The translations under genes were made by a program, and so were the position numbers. A stretch of 64,000 nucleotides of DNA, taken from an uncultured virus (IMG/VR IMGVR_UViG_3300034520_000374). Its lineage: Duplodnaviria > Heunggongvirae > Uroviricota > Caudoviricetes. Below the pieces are notes generated by a model, which was given only the letters and a program-made list of their open reading frames with translations, was not told where the DNA came from and did not search any database. This document shows positions 57,914 to 64,000 of this stretch, in pieces; position 1 is the first letter of the stretch, and each line of letters opens with the position of its first letter. The stretch is taken from the IMG/VR virus record IMGVR_UViG_3300034520_000374. One strand, written 5' to 3'.

Positions 57914-58861
57914 ATGTATATGTTGATTAAAGGAAAATTAATTGTTAGCGATAATAATGGAAATTACAGGCTTGGGAATATTGATGGCGAGTCCTTGAGA
58001 AACGTCAATGTGCATGAGAGAAGTATAATGTCAATTGACGGTAGCACTTCACGGACAGGCATAAGCGTATTAAATTACGAAGGTAAGCCAAAAGTAGTTT
58101 TTGCAGTCATAAGGGGTAATGACGAGAGTCATGTGGAGTATAAGGTAAACCTTAAGAGAGTTATCGGTGCAGTACTGTTGGGGAACAAGAGCATTGACAC
58201 AGTGGTGTATGAGGAGCCTTTCATTGAGTACTCAAGTGCTGCCAAACATTTGCTCATGCTTAGAACATTCGTAGAGGAGCTTATAATTGAGTGCAGGCCA
58301 GAACTAAATCACATCAGGTTTATTGAGATTAACAATAAGAAGTGGAAGCGCATATTTTTGCGTCCGGATAAGTGCCCTAGTAGCTCGCAGCTTGAAAAGA
58401 AGGCAGTCAAAGATAAGTTGATGAGCACATTCCCATATTTAGCTGGCATTTCGCAGGACGAGATAGACTCAGTAGCTATGGGTCTGGCTGTGTTAAGCGA
58501 GATAAGAGCTGGAAATATAGGCAAGTTAGCTTCGCGTAAACCAGGACGCAAGTTTGCATATAACATAGAGTTTATTGGTGCAGACAATGACGATGAGGCT
58601 TTTGCCGAAATTGGAGACAACTTGAGTGATATGGGAATACCAATGCGTGTGGCTGAGGAAGGAATCAGTTTCGTTGAGCTAAACGGGAGAGAAGATTTTG
58701 ATGACGTAATATTTAACAACCTGGCGTATGAGGATAAATTACTTATACTTAAGTTTAGGTCAAAGCATTTTGGAAACATAGTTCTTAAGCATAGAATTGG
58801 CGAATTGGCGGCAACGAATAATTGGATTTACGCTTTCGTGTGGAGAAAACATAGAAAGTGA
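57914..58861 (+). CDS. RuvC-like Holliday junction resolvase with C-terminal extension
   Basis: MSIDGSTSRTG, VYEEP, WKR, K..VK and DEIDSVAMG motifs. Confidence 0.75.
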   Translation: MYMLIKGKLIVSDNNGNYRLGNIDGESLRNVNVHERSIMSIDGSTSRTGISVLNYEGKPKVVFAVIRGNDESHVEYKVNLKRVIGAVLLGNKSIDTVVYEEPFIEYSSAAKHLLMLRTFVEELIIECRPELNHIRFIEINNKKWKRIFLRPDKCPSSSQLEKKAVKDKLMSTFPYLAGISQDEIDSVAMGLAVLSEIRAGNIGKLASRKPGRKFAYNIEFIGADNDDEAFAEIGDNLSDMGIPMRVAEEGISFVELNGREDFDDVIFNNLAYEDKLLILKFRSKHFGNIVLKHRIGELAATNNWIYAFVWRKHRK

Positions 58862-58871
58862 GGAGGTAAAC

Positions 58872-59057
58872 ATGAAGTGCAAAAAGTGTGGCAAAGAAGT
58901 GGAGATAACATACGATGGTGTGTGTTCTGTTTGCCTCTCTATACAGGCATCAGAGGAAGGGGAATACCTCAGCGATGAGCTGGATGTATCGGATTTGCAG
59001 ATAAATACACCATTGACTTTTAAGGAACTTGTAAATATAGCTAGGCAGATGAAATAA
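58872..59057 (+). CDS. Small zinc-finger protein
   Basis: AGGAGG RBS and CKKC...CSVC motif. Confidence 0.7.
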   Translation: MKCKKCGKEVEITYDGVCSVCLSIQASEEGEYLSDELDVSDLQINTPLTFKELVNIARQMK

Positions 59058-59154
59058 GTGGAGGTACCAGTTTGCGAGGAAGGTAATAGCATTACCTGAG
59101 GTATCCACAACAGAACCTCAAGCTGAATATGTAGTATTATAGGCAATAAGAAGT

Positions 59155-59197
59155 AATAATCCCTCACCGAAACAAGCACGGTGAGGGATTATTTGTT
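59155..59197 (+). terminator. Intrinsic terminator
   Basis: AATAATCCCTCACCG-AAACAAGCA-CGGTGAGGGATTATTTGTT. Confidence 0.85.
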
Positions 59198-59367
59198 GTC
59201 ACCGAAAGATGTAGAGTATACCTGGCCGCTATACTTTTGTATATTTATTACAGGCATGTGTGAGGAGACGTGGTTTTTATCTAGCACTTAGATAATGGCT
59301 TCACTGCTTAGTGTTAGGGCTTTGAGGTATTAATACTGTAAAAATAATGAGGAACGGAGGTATGCTT

Positions 59368-59604
59368 ATGGCTAGGATTACGAAAAACGAGATAATTAGC
59401 TTGTTAACTGACCCCTTTTCAAGGGAAAATGCTAGCAGGCTGAGCGAGACTGACCTTATGTATCTGATGAAAACCATGATTGAAGCATACAATGACGGCA
59501 ATCTAGTTTTCAGAGGCACCGCATTTGATTTCCTGAACGACAATCAATTCGAAGAGACCGTTGTAGAACTTTGTTTTGGTCTTAAAAGAAGAAAAAAAGG
59601 TTGA
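59368..59604 (+). CDS. Small hypothetical protein
   Basis: GGAGG RBS. Confidence 0.65.
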   Translation: MARITKNEIISLLTDPFSRENASRLSETDLMYLMKTMIEAYNDGNLVFRGTAFDFLNDNQFEETVVELCFGLKRRKKG

Positions 59605-59665
59605 GTATAATGACTATCATAGTGGTCAGTGGATAATCGTAAGAATAAAATAGGAGGGCATAATA

Positions 59666-59905
59666 ATGGAATGTTACTATTATAATAGGTTTAACGGTCC
59701 TGTTGTAAAAGAACTCTCGTCAAAAGATATTGAACAGCAGGATGCAGTAGACAATGCAATATATAAGTTGCTATGTGAACTCACTGGTAAGGAGCTTCTA
59801 TGGGACATATCCGTCATACACGAAATATTTGATGTAATACGTGAAAAGGTGTATAAAAGATACGGTATAGTTATACCATATGCGGAGGTTGGGGAGGAGT
59901 CGTAA
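59666..59905 (+). CDS. Small hypothetical protein
   Basis: AGGAGG RBS and QDAVDNAIY motif. Confidence 0.7.
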   Translation: MECYYYNRFNGPVVKELSSKDIEQQDAVDNAIYKLLCELTGKELLWDISVIHEIFDVIREKVYKRYGIVIPYAEVGEES

Positions 59906-59906
59906 G

Positions 59907-61103
59907 ATGATTAATAAGAATCTTTTAGATGAGCTGAACAGACTGGGATTTGGTGCCGATGTAGACGCATTGGAGAGTTATGTAGCTTCATTGCAGGATG
60001 CAGCAGGTATGGGCGAGCCCAAAGTCACAGACGTGATGTACGACTATTATGTTCGTTTACTCAGGCAGTTAAAACCAGACAGCTATGTATTAAAACGTAA
60101 CTGGGAAGTGGACGACTACGAATTAGACGAAAACGACATTCTTCTTACCAAATACGGAATGAAGTCAATCACAACAATACAAAACATGGCGGACCTTTAT
60201 AAATTTAAGGAAGCTCTCGGGGACAGAACTGTTAACATGTTAGCATCTATAAAACTCAACGGTCACGCCATAAGGGCCGTTTACAGGAACGGCAAGCTAG
60301 TTAGTGGCTCTACAAGAGGCAGGCGCAAGAAGGGTCGGGACATTACACGTCATCTTAAAGCAGTATTACCAAATGAAGTTGAAGCATGGCATGATATAAA
60401 TATCGTAGAAGTGAGAGGTGAAATGCTGGTTCCGCTAGCCAAGTTCGAATATCTAAGGGACTACCTGAAAACACCCTTATCAGCTGTAACTTCTCTACTT
60501 CGAGATAGCGTAACGGACGCAGAATTGAAATATCTTGACTGTGTATGCTACAAGGCGCTCACTGAAAATAATGAGTTAGGACTAAATAAGTTATCCGAGG
60601 AAATGGACCATCTTGACAAGTGCGGGTTCAAGACACCACGCAGAATACTTGTCGAGAACGTTGACATTTATAACCTAAACGTTGTAGTGGAAGAAGTGCT
60701 TAATCACTTTGAAAGAATCTACGATGAATTAGAATACGCTACAGACGGTGTTGTAATGGCGATAGATGACAATGAGACATTCTACAGCTTGGGCATGGAC
60801 GGCAACGCATATTTAGGCAACTTTGCATTAAAAATGGGCAAGTACTGGGAAAGCAACATTTACAAATCAATCATTAAGGAAATTAAGTGGATACCTGGAA
60901 AGACTTATATAACACCAAAGGCAATTATAGAGCCCGTAATAACAGTTACCGGTGCAACTGTAGAGAATGTTCCTTTATACAATGTAGGGGTTATTGAGCG
61001 TCTGAAATTAATTCCGGGTAACGAGATATACTTCAAGTTTGGTGGTGAAACTGGAGTAACACTTGTGGCACCAGATGGCACACCAATAAGCATGCTTGAG
61101 TAG
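59907..61103 (+). CDS. NAD-dependent DNA ligase-like protein (adenylation and OB domains only)
   Basis: P.VTD.MYD, KLNG, STRG..GRDIT, EVRGE, TDGVV, FALK and ITPKA..EPV...G motifs. No Zn finger, HhH or BRCT domain. Confidence 0.85.
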   Translation: MINKNLLDELNRLGFGADVDALESYVASLQDAAGMGEPKVTDVMYDYYVRLLRQLKPDSYVLKRNWEVDDYELDENDILLTKYGMKSITTIQNMADLYKFKEALGDRTVNMLASIKLNGHAIRAVYRNGKLVSGSTRGRRKKGRDITRHLKAVLPNEVEAWHDINIVEVRGEMLVPLAKFEYLRDYLKTPLSAVTSLLRDSVTDAELKYLDCVCYKALTENNELGLNKLSEEMDHLDKCGFKTPRRILVENVDIYNLNVVVEEVLNHFERIYDELEYATDGVVMAIDDNETFYSLGMDGNAYLGNFALKMGKYWESNIYKSIIKEIKWIPGKTYITPKAIIEPVITVTGATVENVPLYNVGVIERLKLIPGNEIYFKFGGETGVTLVAPDGTPISMLE

Positions 61104-61120
61104 CTTTAACGAATAAGAAT

Positions 61121-61158
61121 AGGCACAGCCAAATATTTTGCAGGCTGTGCTTAATTTT
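61121..61158 (+). terminator. Probable terminator
   Basis: AGGCACAGCC-loop-GGCTGTGCTT followed by AATTTT. Confidence 0.65.
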
Positions 61159-61263
61159 ATGTTTGCATGTCAAAGTACGTGTAGGTGAATTAAATTGTAA
61201 AATAGGGAGAAGTGGCGGCTCTCTTAAGACATGTGTGAAATTTATATAGGCAGGTGATTTAGG

Positions 61264-62697
61264 TTGGAACCTCGTAAACAAAAAGTTGACATCGAGTTTG
61301 ATGACATGGAATTCGATGTTGATGACATGTATGGTGATGATGACGGTGAGGATGAGGTAGTCAATATTGAGGATGATGATAACAGTGAGGGATATGCAGA
61401 CAATTACGGAACTCAGGTGGACGCAAGCGAGATTCAGGGAGACAATATCGACGAGTACGAGATAGCTGGCAGTAATGGGCATGATTTAATAAGTAGTACT
61501 GGTGACATAGTTGTAATGGACCCAAGCTTTGATAGGGAATACTTTAAGTTTGCCTATGTCGACATTGAGAACATAGCTGTAGTCAAGCGTATACGCAAGA
61601 CAAAAAATGTTGAGGACTTAGTGAAGTCTATCAAGAGCACCGGATTATTGATGCCTATAGTTGTTGCACCAACTGTTACGGAAGGCATATATGTGCTTTT
61701 GAGCGGGTTCAGAAGGCTTTTAGCCTGTGCTCGTGTCGGAATGAAGAAGGTTCCATGCATTATAAATACTATGGTTAATACTCCAGAAATACCAATTATA
61801 GAGGCTATGTACAACCATGTAAAGCCTTATACTATGCAGGAGATTATTGACTACATTGATTATCTGGAGAAAGAGAAGGGTATAATGTCGGCATCAATGA
61901 TTGAATATTTACTACAGATGGAAAGTGGTGATTACACCAAGCTTAAAGATATATTAACTGACAATGACCCTGACATTGTTTCCAAGCTACTTAATAACGA
62001 AATGACTATAAGCCAAGCATTCAAAAAGCTTGAGCAACGGAGAAAGAAGGAGAGCAAGGAAGAAAAGGAACTCAAGAAGGCAAACAAGGTATATGTTGAG
62101 GATAAGGAGAGCGCGGAGAAGCTTGAAGGAGCAGGCGAGACAGCTGTTGATGGCCAGGGTCTCAGCGATGAAGAAATAGCTTCTTTAGCATTTATGGCAA
62201 ACAACATAGATGAAGATGAAAGAAGCCTTGAGCAAATGATTGAGGATGGCGAGAAAATGCCTGGGTTCGAACCGAAGGTTCAGAAGGTAGGGGAACGTGA
62301 GATTGTAGACCCTGCTCTTCGTAAGGCGGTCATGGAAAGAGACCATAACACATGTAGGTGCTGTGAAGAAGGCGGTCCAGAATACGTTGACGTTAATGAT
62401 TTCCATCATGTCGTGCCTGTGTTCCTTGGAGGCCCGGACACAGTGGATAATGCGATATGTGTATGTGTGAAGTGTCATAAATTAATACATCTATATGCAC
62501 GCGGGCAACTACATCTAGTCAATATTGATAAAATGAGTGAGCAGGAGAAAAAGAAGTTTAAGCGTATTATAAAATATGGCGAGATTATTCGTGAGGGGAT
62601 AGCCCGTAAGGGCATGAAGCTGGAGGAATACAGGAAGAAGGATAATATACGTGTTATAGGGCGTCAGATGCCCGGGCATAAAAACACTGTAACATAA
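61264..62697 (+). CDS. ParB/Srx-domain protein fused to a C-terminal HNH endonuclease
   Basis: L..SIK..GLLMPIVV..LLSGFRRL.A motif, then V.ERD...CRCC..HHVVP...GG.D..DN...C..CH. Confidence 0.88.
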   Translation: MEPRKQKVDIEFDDMEFDVDDMYGDDDGEDEVVNIEDDDNSEGYADNYGTQVDASEIQGDNIDEYEIAGSNGHDLISSTGDIVVMDPSFDREYFKFAYVDIENIAVVKRIRKTKNVEDLVKSIKSTGLLMPIVVAPTVTEGIYVLLSGFRRLLACARVGMKKVPCIINTMVNTPEIPIIEAMYNHVKPYTMQEIIDYIDYLEKEKGIMSASMIEYLLQMESGDYTKLKDILTDNDPDIVSKLLNNEMTISQAFKKLEQRRKKESKEEKELKKANKVYVEDKESAEKLEGAGETAVDGQGLSDEEIASLAFMANNIDEDERSLEQMIEDGEKMPGFEPKVQKVGEREIVDPALRKAVMERDHNTCRCCEEGGPEYVDVNDFHHVVPVFLGGPDTVDNAICVCVKCHKLIHLYARGQLHLVNIDKMSEQEKKKFKRIIKYGEIIREGIARKGMKLEEYRKKDNIRVIGRQMPGHKNTVT

Positions 62698-62702
62698 GTG
62701 GT

Positions 62703-62756
62703 AAAAAATAAAAAGCCTGGGGAGCTTAAATTAGTACCACAGGCTTTTTATTTTTA
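62703..62756 (+). terminator. Intrinsic terminator
   Basis: AAAAATAAAAAGCCTG...CAGGCTTTTTATTTTT. Confidence 0.85.
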
Positions 62757-62859
62757 TGTCATTGTGGGAAAGCATATATGTAATATAAATAAAGAAAAGA
62801 AGGAGAGGAGGGAACAGCTTCTCGTTCAGCTTATTATAGCTTTGCGGAGAAGCGATAGC

Positions 62860-64000
62860 ATGGCGAAAAATATCTTTAGTTTACCGGAGAATTACGAGGT
62901 TAAGGAAGTAGCAGGCTTAAGAGGATTAGTGAGGCACGGCAAGAACGGCGAGCAATGGATACTAGAGCCGGTCTATGCGGATATTCTTATAGCAAGGTGC
63001 ATGGGTAAGATAATCATAGCCTGTAGGTATCCTATGGATTATGACAGTGGGTACAGGTTGATTGACAGCAAAGGCAATACATTAATAAATATACCTATCG
63101 CAGATGTGCTTTTCGGGGATAGATTCTTATACATCAGGACTATCAGGCCTAGCTCAAAGACAATTGAATGGTGCAAGGTAAATGAGGACTTCAAGGGAGG
63201 TAAATTTCTAGGGGACTTCGAAATCCTTGGCAGAGACCCAAGGATGCCGCACCACATACAAAAAGATAGGGAAACCATAATGGTTCGTGATGCAAACGGG
63301 CTATTAAAGCGTATCTACCTCAAAACAGGGGAAATCGAAGACGAAGTGGCTTTTGCTACTGACCCGCAGCCAAAGAAGGAATACGTTGTCGAGAACTACC
63401 GCGTGGAAATCAACTCAAACACTAACAAAGTAGAAGTATACGATGCGAACGGTAGGGGTAACTCCATTATGACTTTTGGCATTGGGGAAATAGGGACTTA
63501 CAGCACAATTATAACAGAATGTCTTGGTGGAAATCTCAATATGGTTCCGAAGGCTCTTGGCGATAAGTTCCTAACAGGTGTGCTGGGCAGGTTCGAGTAT
63601 TGTGGTAACTACATCGGATTGCTTGCAGCATACCAAATAGCTAAGCGAAACAATACTAAAGATGCAAATGAGCTCGTAGATTTAATAATCAAGGAACTTG
63701 AGGCTGGCTGGGCAGACATAGGTGGAGGGTATTATATAAAAGGGTATGTGCTCAGCGGTATAGTCATAGCAATGGTTGCCTTGCCACAAGGCAAGATTAC
63801 AACAGCAGTCTACAAGATTCGTGGCGAAGATGGCATTGTGGATGTCGGCGGTGTGCAGGCAATAGTAAATGCCTATAAGAGCACTGGCGTCAAGATAGTT
63901 AGACTACTAGTTAATGAGGCAGTGGCGAATGATATGAACATTGATGAGATAAAACTTATGCCTCCATATTCTGTAGTTCAGCGTAAGTCACTTGCATCAG
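62860..64000 (+). CDS. Hypothetical protein, 3'-truncated by the window (not in the ORF track)
   Basis: ATG 62860 (MAKNIFSLPENYEVKEV...), with the frame open to the end of the window. Confidence 0.8.
   Translation, partial: MAKNIFSLPENYEVKEVAGLRGLVRHGKNGEQWILEPVYADILIARCMGKIIIACRYPMDYDSGYRLIDSKGNTLINIPIADVLFGDRFLYIRTIRPSSKTIEWCKVNEDFKGGKFLGDFEILGRDPRMPHHIQKDRETIMVRDANGLLKRIYLKTGEIEDEVAFATDPQPKKEYVVENYRVEINSNTNKVEVYDANGRGNSIMTFGIGEIGTYSTIITECLGGNLNMVPKALGDKFLTGVLGRFEYCGNYIGLLAAYQIAKRNNTKDANELVDLIIKELEAGWADIGGGYYIKGYVLSGIVIAMVALPQGKITTAVYKIRGEDGIVDVGGVQAIVNAYKSTGVKIVRLLVNEAVANDMNIDEIKLMPPYSVVQRKSLAS

Noticed and set aside
1..64000. Prophage or jumbo phage call
   Set aside because: No terminase, portal, capsid or tail gene was recognised, while conjugation-type ATPases and ArdC are present. 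It cannot be excluded outside the window.

Overview
A 64-kb piece of a very large mobile replicon (megaplasmid or phage-plasmid-like), probably from a thermophilic Firmicute. The host call is an inference from the SLH domains, GGAGG ribosome-binding sites and heavy ATA/AGG codon use. All credible genes (about 55) lie on the + strand. From left to right: (1) a surface module with an SLH protein and a 1644-aa exported protein; (2) accessory or anti-defence genes (acidic repeat protein, GNAT, dNMP kinase, ArdC), a strongly expressed orphan gene and dnaX; (3) a 23-kb co-directional cluster (15686-38910) that looks like an atypical conjugation or secretion machine, with three paralogous membrane proteins, an HU-like protein, a lipoprotein, a 1632-aa polytopic membrane protein, a MinD-like ATPase plus degenerate partner, a VirB4-like ATPase, an FtsK/SpoIIIE ATPase and an NTF2/VirB8-like protein; (4) two degenerate HNH proteins, a tmRNA and a partly decaying tRNA cluster; (5) a replication and segregation block with SNF2, DnaC-like, type IIA topoisomerase B and A, DnaB-like, RuvC-like, a truncated NAD ligase and a ParB-HNH fusion. 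No capsid, terminase, integrase, relaxase, reverse transcriptase, rRNA or CRISPR array was recognised. All family calls come from reading motifs by eye, not from database searches.
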